64,000 bases of DNA from Spirochaetia bacterium (GCA_965208575.1 CBDBOV010000002.1:288001-352000); one strand, 5' to 3'; shown: positions 30,084 through 39,915, counted from the first letter of the stretch. Notes: generated by a model not told the origin, from the letters alone. Translations and numbers: made by a program.

Positions 30084-31915
30084 AAGCCCATCGACTCCTT
30101 CAGCTCCTGGTCGATCCAGAGGCGGGCGGCGATGGTATATTCAAATTCGCGACTTGCCAGTTTCAATTCTCCGTTATAACCTTTGACCCACGGCTGGGTC
30201 ACACTCGTCCACGGTATTACAGTACCAGCGAATACGGTCCAGTGCCTCTCTATTGCGTACATATTCAGCTCTTTCACCAAATGCAGTTGCTCTTCTTCCG
30301 TGCTTACCTTTTCGGCAGCTGCCAACATGGCGTCATAAGCCGGATCGTTCACATTGGCCGAGTTGCCAGTAGCACCAGTCTTGTACTGAGCCATGGCGTT
30401 CCAAGGCAGCCACGACCCCGTGTCGGCCATTATGGCAAGCATCATGTCCCAATCTCTAGCGTTCCTTCTAGGCGTCAACTCCGGACCTGGCACTGGCTCA
30501 ATCTCTATATCAACGCCAATCTCGCGATAATATGTAGCGGCTAGTAATTCTATATGGCTCAGATCTTGCTGGTCAAACCAGACCAAATGGGCCTTGAACC
30601 TGGTGCCGTCGGCGCCGCGCGGATACCCCGCCTCATCAAGGAGCTTCTCGGCCCCGGCCGGGTCATACATATAGCCTTTCTTGACCTCTTCGGGCCACTC
30701 TTCAAATGGGGTACCAGCCACTGGGACATCGTTGGCAATCAGTCCCTGAGGTCCCCACGTTCCCCACCCTTTGAAGTAGGTATCGTGAAGTGTCTCAAGG
30801 TCCAGTGCCATCTGCATGGCCTTGCGCACCCGGATGTCATCAAAGGGCGCCCTCTGGGTGTTCATGCCAAAATTAGAGTCCGTCCGTACGTAATGCTCGA
30901 ATATCGCGATTTCGGGGTTGGTCCGCTTCAAGCTCTCCACCTTGTCGATACTGTTGAGCGTCGGAGGATGGTTGAGCACGGCGCCGGCGTAATCGATCTG
31001 ACCGGTGCGCAGTGCCGCAATTCGTGTTGCCGGATCCGGCATAACCTTGACGCTAAGCTCGTCAACATAGGGCAAACGGTTCCCTGGGTACTTTTCGTCA
31101 TAACCCCAGTAGTTGGGATTCTTGGTAAGGGTTAGAGAGCTGCCCTCGACAAGGTCAGTCAGCATCCAGGGTCCGGTGCCGACCACGTTCCTCCAATCCT
31201 TCATGTCTCCGTATTCCTCGATTACCTCCCGGGCAATAATATAGTGAACTACGGGGGAGATGATACCCCGCAGCGCACGGGGGTCTGGCTGCGTCAGCTT
31301 AAAAACAACCGTCCATTTGTCGGTTGCTGTTATCGATTCAATCGGCATCGTATCGAACCCATCCCAAGCGAGGACGCCGGGGGTAGGTTCGGTTTCGGAG
31401 AATTCGCCCATAGCAAGATTGCGGTGAAAGGTATATTCTACATCCTTGGCAGTTAGCTCGCGCCCAGATACCGGTGGCTTATCGTGGAAGTGAACGCCCG
31501 GGCGGATGTGGATGGTGTAGGTGAGGCCGTCCTCGGAAATTTCCCAGCTTTCCGCCAGCGCCCCTCTTTTGCCAAATAGAGGATCGGCATAACTTGACCA
31601 GTCAAATTCGTCCCTGTCTATTGCCCAGTTGCCAATGCTTAGCGACTCTAGAACACCGTGGAGCAGGCTGTGGAGGGCCCACGACGTGGAAAAATACGGG
31701 TCAGCAGTCGGAGGAAAGACACCTGACTTGGACATGGTCAATGTCCCGCCATACTCCGGCGCCGTCACCATCTTGCCGGTGGCCGGGTCGAGCACCATCT
31801 CTTTCTCGGCGGCTGCGCCCGGCTCCTCTTCCGCCGCCGCGGCCCAGAGGCCGGTTGCGGTCAGAATGAGGACCAGCCCAACCGCGAGGGTCCTTGTAAT
31901 GTGTACGATGTGCAT
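30080..31915 (-). CDS. ABC family-5 solute-binding protein, copy B
   Basis: Close paralogue of copy A; same motifs. Confidence 0.92.
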   Translation of the reverse strand: MHIVHITRTLAVGLVLILTATGLWAAAAEEEPGAAAEKEMVLDPATGKMVTAPEYGGTLTMSKSGVFPPTADPYFSTSWALHSLLHGVLESLSIGNWAIDRDEFDWSSYADPLFGKRGALAESWEISEDGLTYTIHIRPGVHFHDKPPVSGRELTAKDVEYTFHRNLAMGEFSETEPTPGVLAWDGFDTMPIESITATDKWTVVFKLTQPDPRALRGIISPVVHYIIAREVIEEYGDMKDWRNVVGTGPWMLTDLVEGSSLTLTKNPNYWGYDEKYPGNRLPYVDELSVKVMPDPATRIAALRTGQIDYAGAVLNHPPTLNSIDKVESLKRTNPEIAIFEHYVRTDSNFGMNTQRAPFDDIRVRKAMQMALDLETLHDTYFKGWGTWGPQGLIANDVPVAGTPFEEWPEEVKKGYMYDPAGAEKLLDEAGYPRGADGTRFKAHLVWFDQQDLSHIELLAATYYREIGVDIEIEPVPGPELTPRRNARDWDMMLAIMADTGSWLPWNAMAQYKTGATGNSANVNDPAYDAMLAAAEKVSTEEEQLHLVKELNMYAIERHWTVFAGTVIPWTSVTQPWVKGYNGELKLASREFEYTIAARLWIDQELKESMGF

Positions 31916-32368
31916 ACGTAACTCCAGTTGTTGATGTGTGAGAGTATTGCGCAGCGAATTGCCGCTCTCTGGCTACTCTCGCGCCCGCAACGCAGGCGGC
32001 CAGTGCGAGTCAGACTGTCAGAAGCGCGCGGCGTGTGACTTAAGGGCTCACGCCCCTCACGCCGCGCGCACGTACGGTTCTTTGAGTACCAATTTGCGCC
32101 TCCGATGGGCCGGCAACAGCCGGCGGGGTTGTGGTGAATGAAGGAGGTGGAGCGACGAGTGAGATTGACCGGCGACGCCGGCGGTGGTGAAGGCGACGGC
32201 GCGCGCGCTTTCGCGTACGTGGCGACCGGCCGGAGCGGTTAAAGGTTTACCGAATAAAAAATTGCGGGGGGAGGCAGAGGATTGTACTGGCTGCCTTGCC
32301 GGCAACCGGTCACTACACTGGCTGTGATGGTGACGACTCATCCCGATCCGCCTCTTTCTGAACGCGGC

Positions 32369-32397
32369 ATGGTCGCACGCGGGCGGCATCCTGTCAA
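32369..32397 (-). promoter_or_regulatory. Sigma70-type promoter for SBP copy B
   Basis: TTGACA-17nt-GACCAT with extended TG. Confidence 0.55.
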
Positions 32398-32435
32398 TCT
32401 CCCGTTGGAGCGATACTTGCGCCGGCGCGGGTCGG

Positions 32436-32846
32436 TCAGTCTTGACACATGTGGAGTGTCATGTGCGATCGGAACCAGTCGGCGAGTGCGGTTTCACTGA
32501 CGCGGCCGGAGGCGACGCCTTCCATGGTGCGGATGGCGTCGGCGGGGTCGAATTCGAGGCGCCTGCCGTTGTCGGCAAGGAACAGGCGCGCGGTAACCCA
32601 CGCGGTACGCTTGTTGCCGTCGAGGAAGCCGTGGTTCTTGGCGATTCCGTATGCGTACGCCGCTGCCAGGTCCGCCGCGTCCGGGTCCCGGTAGCGCGCG
32701 AGGTGGGCGGGCCGGGCCAGTGCGGACTCCACCATGCCCGGATCGCGAATTCCGTCCATGCCGCCGTGCTCGGCGAGTTGGCGATCATGGATCGCGTAGA
32801 CGACGTCCCTTGCAGCCCAATTCCATGCGCCGCCGCCGCCGCTCAC
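32436..32846 (-). CDS. doc: Death-on-curing (Doc/Fic) toxin
   Basis: HGFLDGNKRTA Fic motif; IHDRQLAEHGG..ESALARP. Confidence 0.9.
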   Translation of the reverse strand: MSGGGGAWNWAARDVVYAIHDRQLAEHGGMDGIRDPGMVESALARPAHLARYRDPDAADLAAAYAYGIAKNHGFLDGNKRTAWVTARLFLADNGRRLEFDPADAIRTMEGVASGRVSETALADWFRSHMTLHMCQD

Positions 32847-33070
32847 TTGGCCAGCGCCCGCAGCACCTCACGGTCGTCGTGCATGATCTCTTCGGCCAGG
32901 CCCATCTGCCGGGCGAAAGTGGGATCATACGGGGTCAGCCGAAAGGCGCCGTCCGGGGCCTCGGTCAGGTAGAGCGTGTCACCCTTCCTGACCCCGAGCC
33001 GGGCCAGCGCCGCCTTGGTGAGGATAACGCCGGACGATGCACCTACGGTGGTTACCTTGAATGAGAGCAT
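32843..33070 (-). CDS. AbrB/MazE-family antitoxin paired with Doc
   Basis: KVTTVGASSGVIL..GDTLYL..LTPYDPTFARQM..DDREVLRALAK; 4-nt overlap with doc. Confidence 0.88.
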   Translation of the reverse strand: MLSFKVTTVGASSGVILTKAALARLGVRKGDTLYLTEAPDGAFRLTPYDPTFARQMGLAEEIMHDDREVLRALAK

Positions 33071-33083
33071 CTCTACCTCGCAC

Positions 33084-33095
33084 ACATTATAATGT
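33084..33095. promoter_or_regulatory. Palindromic operator overlapping the -10 of the antitoxin-doc operon
   Basis: Perfect palindrome ACATTATAATGT containing TATAAT, just upstream of the RBS. Confidence 0.65.
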
Positions 33096-33113
33096 TCATT
33101 ATATGATTGACGG

Positions 33114-34748
33114 TCAACGCGGGTCAGGCGCGCGCGGATTGCGGTCGAGGGAGTCGTTGCGGTAGTGGCAGCCGGCGCTGCGCGGGTTGCGCAGGGCGGC
33201 GTAGGTGATCAGCAGCGCGGTCTGCACGGCGTTGCGCAGCGCCAACAGGCGCGGGGTGAGGGCATTGTCGGCGTAGAAGCCGTCGATCTCGCTCTTCAGC
33301 TCGCGCAGCAGGTGGCTGGCGCGGTCGAGGCGCTTGGTGGTGCGCACCAGGCCGACGTAGTGCCACATGGTGTTGCGGATCACGCCCAGATCCTGGGTGA
33401 TCAGTTCGTCGTCCGGCTCGGCGGACGCCATCTCCCAGGGACGCACCGCGGGCAGGTGGAAGTCGGCCCCGGCGGCGATCTCGGCGGCGTGCCGGCGGGC
33501 GGCGGATGCGCCCATCACCACGCACTCCAGCAGCGAGGTGCTGGCCAGCCGGTTGGCGCCGTGCAGCCCGGTGCAGGCGGTCTCGCCGATGGCGCTCAGG
33601 TGGGCGATGTTGGTGTTGCCGGCCATGTCGGTGTGGATGCCGCCGCACGAGTAGTGCGCGGCCGGCACCACCGGGATCGGTTCGCGGGTCATGTCGACGC
33701 CGGCGGCCAGCAGGCGGGCGTTGATGGTGGGAAAGCGGCGGCGCGCATAGTCGGCGTCGACGCCGGCCAGGTCGATGTACACGGTGTCGCTCGCCCCGCG
33801 CAGCAGCTCGGAGTGGATGGAGCGGGAGATCACGTCGCGCGGCGCCAGCGAGCCGTCGGGGTGGTAGCGCTCCATGAACGCCTCGCCCTGCCGGTTGATC
33901 AGCACGCCGCCCTCGCCGCGCACCGCCTCGGAAACCAGGAACGGGCGCTCGCCGCGGCGGTGGAACACGGTGGGATGGAACTGCACGTACTCCATGTCGA
34001 TGACGCGCGCGCCGACCCGGTAGGCCATCGCCACGCCGTGGCCGTAGGCGCCGGCGTCGTTGGTGCTGTGCAGGTAGACCTGGCCGAGGCCGCCGGTGGC
34101 CAGCACGGTCTTCTTCGCCATGATCGGACGCACCTCGCCGGCGGCCACGTCCAGTACGTGCGCGCCGATGCAGCTCAGCGGCCGGTAGCGGTCGAGAAAG
34201 TCCACCGAGCTGTGCGACAGGGTGAGCAGGTCGACCGCGAAGCAGCCGGTGGCCACGGTCAGGCTGCCGCCGCCGGGCAGGGTGCCGGCCGCGGCCAGCT
34301 CCGCCAGCCGCCGGTGCAGGGCGGTCAGGATGGCGCGCCCGGTGTGGTCCTTGGCGTAGATGATGCGGTGGCGGGAGTGCGACGCCTCGCGGGTGAAGCG
34401 CAGCGCGCCGCCGCCGTCGCGGTCGAAGGCCACCTGCAGATCGTCGATCAGCAACTCGCGCACCAGGCGCGGGCCGTCGCGCACGATGGCGTCCACGGCG
34501 GCGGGGTTGGCGGAGTGGCCGCTGGCGGTGTCGATGTCGGCGCGCAGCAGGTCGCCGTCGCCATGATCATGGACGTCGTAGATGATGCCGCCCTGCGCCC
34601 ACAGGCTGTTGCTGGCGGTCAGTTCGCGGGCGCCGGTGATCAGGGTCACGTGCAGGCCGGCGCGGGCGGCCTGCACGGCGTACACCGCGCCGGCGGCGCC
34701 GGCGCCGATCACCAGGCAGTCGGTGCGGGCGGGTGTCGCGGCAGTCAT
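33114..34748 (-). CDS. nadB: L-aspartate oxidase (intact)
   Basis: GAGAAG, SNSLWAQGGI, QFHPT, AHYSCGG, GLHGANRLASTSLLE; ATG overlaps the nadC stop. Confidence 0.93.
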   Translation of the reverse strand: MTAATPARTDCLVIGAGAAGAVYAVQAARAGLHVTLITGARELTASNSLWAQGGIIYDVHDHGDGDLLRADIDTASGHSANPAAVDAIVRDGPRLVRELLIDDLQVAFDRDGGGALRFTREASHSRHRIIYAKDHTGRAILTALHRRLAELAAAGTLPGGGSLTVATGCFAVDLLTLSHSSVDFLDRYRPLSCIGAHVLDVAAGEVRPIMAKKTVLATGGLGQVYLHSTNDAGAYGHGVAMAYRVGARVIDMEYVQFHPTVFHRRGERPFLVSEAVRGEGGVLINRQGEAFMERYHPDGSLAPRDVISRSIHSELLRGASDTVYIDLAGVDADYARRRFPTINARLLAAGVDMTREPIPVVPAAHYSCGGIHTDMAGNTNIAHLSAIGETACTGLHGANRLASTSLLECVVMGASAARRHAAEIAAGADFHLPAVRPWEMASAEPDDELITQDLGVIRNTMWHYVGLVRTTKRLDRASHLLRELKSEIDGFYADNALTPRLLALRNAVQTALLITYAALRNPRSAGCHYRNDSLDRNPRAPDPR

Positions 34749-35584
34749 TGCAGGCCGAGGAAGTCGAGCCCCAGGTCGGGGCGGCGCGGCGCGGCGGTGA
34801 TGGCGCTGGTGGACAGGAAGTCCGCCCCGGCGGCGGCGTAGGCGGCCAGCGACTCGGCGGTGACGCCGCCGGACACCTCCACGATGGCCCGTCCCGCGAT
34901 CACGGCGACCGCTTCGCGCACCTGCTCGGGAGTCATGTTGTCGAGCAGGATCACGTCGGCGCCGGCGGCGGCGGCCTCGCGCACCTGGGCCAGGGTGTCG
35001 GCCTCCACCTCGATGCGGGCGACGTGCGGCGCCTGCGCGCGGGCGCTCCGTACCGCGGCGGCGACGCCGCCGGCCACCGCGACGTGGTTGTCCTTGATCA
35101 TGACGCAGTCGGCGAGCGAGGCGCGGTGGTTGCGCCCGCCGCCGCAACGCACCGCGTACTTCTCCAGTTCGCGCAGGCCGGGGGTGGTCTTGCGCGTGTC
35201 GCACACCGCCGCCGCGGTGCCACGCAGCCGGTCGGCATAGGCGCGGGTCGTGGTGGCGATGCCGGACAGGTGCTGCAGCAGGTTGAGGGCGGTGCGCTCT
35301 GCCGCCAGGATCGGCCGCGCGGCGCCCGAAACGTACAGCACGCGGTCGCCGGGGCCGGCGTCGGTGCCGTCGGCGAGCGCCGGCTCCACGTTCAGGTCGG
35401 CGTCGAGGCGCCAGAACACGGCGGCGGCGATCTCGGCGCCGCACACCACCAGCGCCTCGCGCGCCACCACCGCCACCCGGCACTCGCTGCCGGCCGGCAC
35501 CACGGCGCTGCCGGTGACATCACCCAGCCCCAGATCCTCCTCCAGGGCGGTCTCGATCACCCGCCGCGCCGACAACGGGATCAC
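34745..35584 (-). CDS. nadC: Quinolinate phosphoribosyltransferase (intact)
   Basis: DTRKTTPGLR, IKDNH, ILLDNM, EVSGGV. Confidence 0.95.
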   Translation of the reverse strand: MIPLSARRVIETALEEDLGLGDVTGSAVVPAGSECRVAVVAREALVVCGAEIAAAVFWRLDADLNVEPALADGTDAGPGDRVLYVSGAARPILAAERTALNLLQHLSGIATTTRAYADRLRGTAAAVCDTRKTTPGLRELEKYAVRCGGGRNHRASLADCVMIKDNHVAVAGGVAAAVRSARAQAPHVARIEVEADTLAQVREAAAAGADVILLDNMTPEQVREAVAVIAGRAIVEVSGGVTAESLAAYAAAGADFLSTSAITAAPRRPDLGLDFLGLQ

Positions 35585-36603
35585 GTCAATTCGAACATCC
35601 GGTCGATGGAGCGCAGCGCCGCCACCCGCACCGTCTCGTCGAGTTCAATGATTTGGTGCGGCTGCGGATCGACCAGCACGTCGCGGATCTTCTGCAGGCT
35701 GTTGAGCTTCATGTGCGGACACAGCCGGCAGGAGCCGACGAACTGCTTGCCGGGGTTTTCTACTTCGACGCGGCTCACCAGGCCGCACTCGGTGAGCAGC
35801 ATGAAGTAGGTGGCGTCGGTGTCGCGCACGTACTCCATCATCTTGCCGGTGCTGCCGACGAAGTCGCTCGCCGCGGTCACCTCCGGGGTGCACTCCGGGT
35901 GGCTCACCACCTTGACCCCCGGGAAGCGGGCGCGCGCCTCATCGATCGCGCCGGCGGTGAACTGGTCGTGCACCAGGCAGGTGCCGTCGGAACTGTGGAT
36001 TACCTTGTCGATGCCGCGCGCCGCCATCTCGCGGGCGATGTTGGCCGCCATCAGGCGGTCGGGCACGAACAGGATCTCGCGCTCCGGCAGCCGCTCGATG
36101 ATGCGGTACACGTTGGCCGACGTCACGCACACGTCGCTGACCGCCTTCACCTCCGCCGAACTGTTGATGTAGCACACCACCGCCGCTTCCGGGTGGCGCG
36201 CCTTGAGAGCGGTCAGCTCGGCGCCGGTCAGGGAGTCGGCGAGCGAGCAGCCGGAGGCGATGTCGGGCACCAGCACCTGCGCGTCGGGGCACAGGATCTT
36301 GGCGGTCTCGGCCATGAACACCACGCCGGCGAACACGATCACGTCGGCGTCGGAGTTGCGCGCCTCCAGGCTGAGCGCGTAGGAGTCGCTCTTGAAGTCC
36401 GCCACGCCGTAGACGATCTCCGGGTCGACGTAGGAGTGGGCCAGGATGATGGCGTTCCGTTCCGCCTTCAGGCGGCCTATCTCGCAGATCAGCGGGGCGA
36501 CCTCGTGGCAGCGCTCCAGGGTCCATTGCGCGCCCGGCTGACACTCCACGTGCAGCAGATTCGAGAACAGCCGTTCCGCTTCCTGTGCCACGGCGGTAGC
36601 CAT
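35581..36603 (-). CDS. nadA: Quinolinate synthase (intact)
   Basis: ILAHSY, GCSLAD, YINSSA, CLVH, HPEC, CPHMKLNSL. Confidence 0.95.
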   Translation of the reverse strand: MATAVAQEAERLFSNLLHVECQPGAQWTLERCHEVAPLICEIGRLKAERNAIILAHSYVDPEIVYGVADFKSDSYALSLEARNSDADVIVFAGVVFMAETAKILCPDAQVLVPDIASGCSLADSLTGAELTALKARHPEAAVVCYINSSAEVKAVSDVCVTSANVYRIIERLPEREILFVPDRLMAANIAREMAARGIDKVIHSSDGTCLVHDQFTAGAIDEARARFPGVKVVSHPECTPEVTAASDFVGSTGKMMEYVRDTDATYFMLLTECGLVSRVEVENPGKQFVGSCRLCPHMKLNSLQKIRDVLVDPQPHQIIELDETVRVAALRSIDRMFELT

Positions 36604-36624
36604 CGCGGTTAACCGTCTAGATAC

Positions 36625-37473
36625 TCACGCCTTTGCGCCCGTGTCAACGCCGTCCAGGGCGGCGGATTGCGGCGGATTCGAGGGAAGCGGCAGCCGGACG
36701 CCGTGGCGGCTCACTCTTGCGGCGGCTTGGGGGCGGTACAGCAGATTCCCGATCAGCCACGGAACTCGCGGCGGCGAGCCTGCACGGTCGAGGTGGCGGG
36801 CCCAGGCCTCGAGATAGTCGCGGAATGTTGCGCTCGCGCAGGGATCCCAGCAGTTCAGCCGGCCGCAGTCGCGCCACAGCGAGGGGTCGTCCAGGAACGG
36901 CCGCAGGAGGCTTCCGGCGATCACGCCGTTGCGTTCGCGTCCGTACGGGTCCGCTTCCAGGTCCGGCAGGTGATCCGCCAGCCACCGCGGCAGATCGTCC
37001 GGCCGGGGGTACCGCTCCAGGACGCGCGCCGCGTAGTCGGTAAAGTTGGGCGCGAACGCCGCCGCCTGTGCCACGCCGTGCGGAGGATCGTCGGCCCACG
37101 CCGGCGCCAGGCGGTGCAGGACGAACAGCGAGGCGAGCTCGCACAGCGCCTCGTCGAACCAGCGGTGCTTGTGCGCCCGGTGGCGGTCGAAGTTGATCAT
37201 GACGTGGCACAGCTCGTGGGCGAACTGGTAGACGTACTGGCACCAGTAGGTGTCGCGCGCGCTGAGCCGCACCTGGTAGGGCCGCCGGTCGTGGAACACG
37301 CGCGGGTTGCGGCGCCAGGGCGCCACGTGGATGGCGGCGTCGGGTGCGCGCCCGAACGCGGCCAGCAGCACCTCCGCCGCGGAGGTGAGCACGCCCCGGA
37401 TCGTCCTCAGGCTGGTCGCCCCCCAATTGCCGTTCTCGATGACCAGGAGGGGGGCGGTTTCGTCAGCCATCAC
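36625..37473 (-). CDS. Putative zincin metallopeptidase-like protein
   Basis: YQFAHELCH..WFDEALC (HExxH...E). Confidence 0.65.
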   Translation of the reverse strand: MMADETAPLLVIENGNWGATSLRTIRGVLTSAAEVLLAAFGRAPDAAIHVAPWRRNPRVFHDRRPYQVRLSARDTYWCQYVYQFAHELCHVMINFDRHRAHKHRWFDEALCELASLFVLHRLAPAWADDPPHGVAQAAAFAPNFTDYAARVLERYPRPDDLPRWLADHLPDLEADPYGRERNGVIAGSLLRPFLDDPSLWRDCGRLNCWDPCASATFRDYLEAWARHLDRAGSPPRVPWLIGNLLYRPQAAARVSRHGVRLPLPSNPPQSAALDGVDTGAKA

Positions 37474-39038
37474 TCCGCTCCGTTCAGTTTTGGCGATGCG
37501 GGCAGTGCACCCGGCCGCCCGGTCAGCTCATCGCTCAGCACGCGCTGGTAGTCGGCCAGATCCCGGCAAATCCAGCCGTCCACCTCCAGGCGGTCGCGCA
37601 GCCGCTTCGGGAACCGCGGCGCGAACAGCGCGAACTGGTGCTGCCAGCCGGTGAAGCGTCGCCCGACCCCGGTGGACAGGAACCGATCGACGTGATCGCG
37701 AAAGCCGTGCAGCGCGGCACCGTCGTGGCGCTCGGGATTGCGCTTGCAGGAGCCGAAGCGGACGCGGCGTTCCTGCTCGTTCCAGGCGATGAAGTCGATC
37801 TCCACGGATCCCGCCTGTGACCGTGGACGATTCCAGTAGCCGGCGACGCGATCGGTAATCGGAAAGTCCGAAGCATCTGCCCGGGACGCCGCCTCGGTGG
37901 CCTCGCCGACCATCCGTTCGAACGCATGTCCCTCGAGCGTGCGGAGCGCGGCGAGAGCGCGGTGCGCCACCTGCGGCGCCGGCAACACGCGCGCGGCCTG
38001 ACAGGCGGGCTGCATGACGCGCAGCCACGCGCTCAGGAATTGATCGGAGATCATGTACCGCGCCCGCCGCTGCCGCTCGCCGGCGAAGATCGGCAGTTTC
38101 CTCTCGACCAGCCGCAGGTCGCGGGTCACGGCGTTCAGGTAGGGTCCCAGCGACAGCTCCGGCAGCGCGTCGCGCAGTTCGGCGTGGGTGCAGCCCGGGC
38201 GCTCTGCCAGCGTGCGCAGGATGGCGAGGTAGTTGCGCCGCAACTCGCGAGCGAGCAGTCCCTCTCCTTCTTCTCGCAAAGGTGAGCCGGAACGCAGAAA
38301 CAAGCGCTCGCACACCTGCTGCGCCCACGACTCCCAGTCGGGGACGGCGTCCAGGCCGTCGGTTTCCGCGAAGTGGCGCCAATACTTGGGGACGCCACCG
38401 AACAGCGTCCACAGCGTCAGGCAGCGAGCCGGATCGTTCGCGCGATGTGCGCGGCACACCTCGAATATGGTGGGCAGATCCCAGGGACCGAGGGTCAGCT
38501 CGAACGTCGTGCGTCCGAACAGCGGTGCCCGCCGGTCGTGCAGCAGCGCCTCCATCTCGGTCTGCACGGAGCCCAGGACAATCAGGCCGCCCACCGCATC
38601 GCGGTCCTGGAGGCGGTCGACCTGTTCCTGCAGCAGAGACGGGAAACCGCTCAGCGGACCGCGGTGGCAGATCTGAAACTCGTCGAGGACTACGATGGTT
38701 CCGCGAGAGCAAAGCGAGCCCACCGCGGCGGCTATCGCGGGCAGGTCGCGGATCCGATCCGCCGTCTCGGTGTCCGCGGCCAGACCGGCTTCACCGAGCG
38801 CGCTGCGGAATACGGCGGCGAAGTCGGCAGGGCCGCTGTCCGGGATCCGGACGAGGAGAACCCGCGGGCCAGCCGGCTCATCTTCGGAGACGATCATCAG
38901 CGCCTGCTGGATGAGGGCGGTCTTGCCGATCCGACGGCGACCGCGGATCGCCCCGAAGAACCAGCGCCGGCGGCGCATGATCTCCAGGAGGCTGCCAAGT
39001 TCCTCCCGGCGCCCGTAGAATGACCAGGAAGCCGTCAC
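37470..39038 (-). CDS. Archaeal-type AAA ATPase with wHTH and DUF234/PD-(D/E)xK C-terminus
   Basis: FYGRREEL, GRRRIGKT, VLDEFQ, GGVPKY, GHAFE, YW..EIDFIA..FGSCK. Confidence 0.85.
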   Translation of the reverse strand: MTASWSFYGRREELGSLLEIMRRRRWFFGAIRGRRRIGKTALIQQALMIVSEDEPAGPRVLLVRIPDSGPADFAAVFRSALGEAGLAADTETADRIRDLPAIAAAVGSLCSRGTIVVLDEFQICHRGPLSGFPSLLQEQVDRLQDRDAVGGLIVLGSVQTEMEALLHDRRAPLFGRTTFELTLGPWDLPTIFEVCRAHRANDPARCLTLWTLFGGVPKYWRHFAETDGLDAVPDWESWAQQVCERLFLRSGSPLREEGEGLLARELRRNYLAILRTLAERPGCTHAELRDALPELSLGPYLNAVTRDLRLVERKLPIFAGERQRRARYMISDQFLSAWLRVMQPACQAARVLPAPQVAHRALAALRTLEGHAFERMVGEATEAASRADASDFPITDRVAGYWNRPRSQAGSVEIDFIAWNEQERRVRFGSCKRNPERHDGAALHGFRDHVDRFLSTGVGRRFTGWQHQFALFAPRFPKRLRDRLEVDGWICRDLADYQRVLSDELTGRPGALPASPKLNGAE

Positions 39039-39141
39039 GGAGTATAAGGTAATTTTTTTTCCGTTGTTGTCAAGCTGGGGCGCCGGGCAGGTTGTTGGCG
39101 TGCCGGCGCGGACGGTACGTTTGGCGCGGAGCGTTGCGGCC

Positions 39142-39915
39142 ATGAGAAACTACCTGCGCGAGAACATCGAGCGCTATCGGAGGATGGCGCGGGCGGGGGG
39201 CCCTGCCAATTACCACGACTTCTCGTCGCGCGGGTTTCTGCACGAGGTGATTCCGAGGCTGGCCCTGCACCGGGACCGCCCGCGGGTGCTGGAGTTGGGT
39301 ACGGGTATCGGTCCGGGTGCCGTCTACCTGTCCGAGCGCGGGTTCGCCGTGCACGCCGTCGACGTGATACCGGAAGCGATAGCGCAGGCGCGGCTGATCG
39401 CCGCGGAGCGCGGGCTGGACGTCTGCTTCGAGGTGATGGACGTGACCCGGATTCCCGGTCGCGGGCCGGCCTACGACCTGATCGTGGACAGTTACTGCCT
39501 GCAGGGGATCGTGCTGGACGCGGACCGGGAGGCGGTGTTCCGTGCAGTGAAGGCGCGGCTCCATCCGCGCGGCTGCTACCTGGTGAGCAGCGCCATGTAC
39601 GCCGCCAGCCGCCACCGCCCCGACCGGCAGGTGGTCGACGGGCGAACGGGCCGCGTGTTCGACCGCTACGACGGGGAGAGCCTGTTCGACCCGGCCACGG
39701 ACATCCACTACCAGCCGTACGACGGCAATGAAGGGGTCGACGGCGCGATCCGCGTCAACGGCGCATGGTACTACCCGTTCCGCCGCTACCGCACCGGCCC
39801 CCGGCTGCGCGAGGAAGTGGAGTCGTACGGCTTCAGGGTCCTCCACCAGTCCGGCGAACTGGGCCAGCACCTGGTCGCCGTCCACCAGGGGAGCGATGTG
39901 TGTCTTGCTCGATAG
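39142..39915 (+). CDS. Class I SAM-dependent methyltransferase
   Basis: VLELGTGIG, AVD, YDLIVDSYCL. Confidence 0.85.
   Translation: MRNYLRENIERYRRMARAGGPANYHDFSSRGFLHEVIPRLALHRDRPRVLELGTGIGPGAVYLSERGFAVHAVDVIPEAIAQARLIAAERGLDVCFEVMDVTRIPGRGPAYDLIVDSYCLQGIVLDADREAVFRAVKARLHPRGCYLVSSAMYAASRHRPDRQVVDGRTGRVFDRYDGESLFDPATDIHYQPYDGNEGVDGAIRVNGAWYYPFRRYRTGPRLREEVESYGFRVLHQSGELGQHLVAVHQGSDVCLAR

Larger units (their letters stand above)
30046..32428. repeat. Duplication unit B (SBP gene + leader + promoter)
   Basis: Aligns with 27374..29676; the middle of the leader (~32150-32320) differs. Confidence 0.88.

Noticed and set aside
33114-35483. 789-aa NadB and other long N-terminal extensions (cysN 902 aa, enolase-family 482 aa)
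   Set aside because: Extensions overlap upstream genes in other frames; true starts are the coupled ATGs at 34748, 61478 and 24646.
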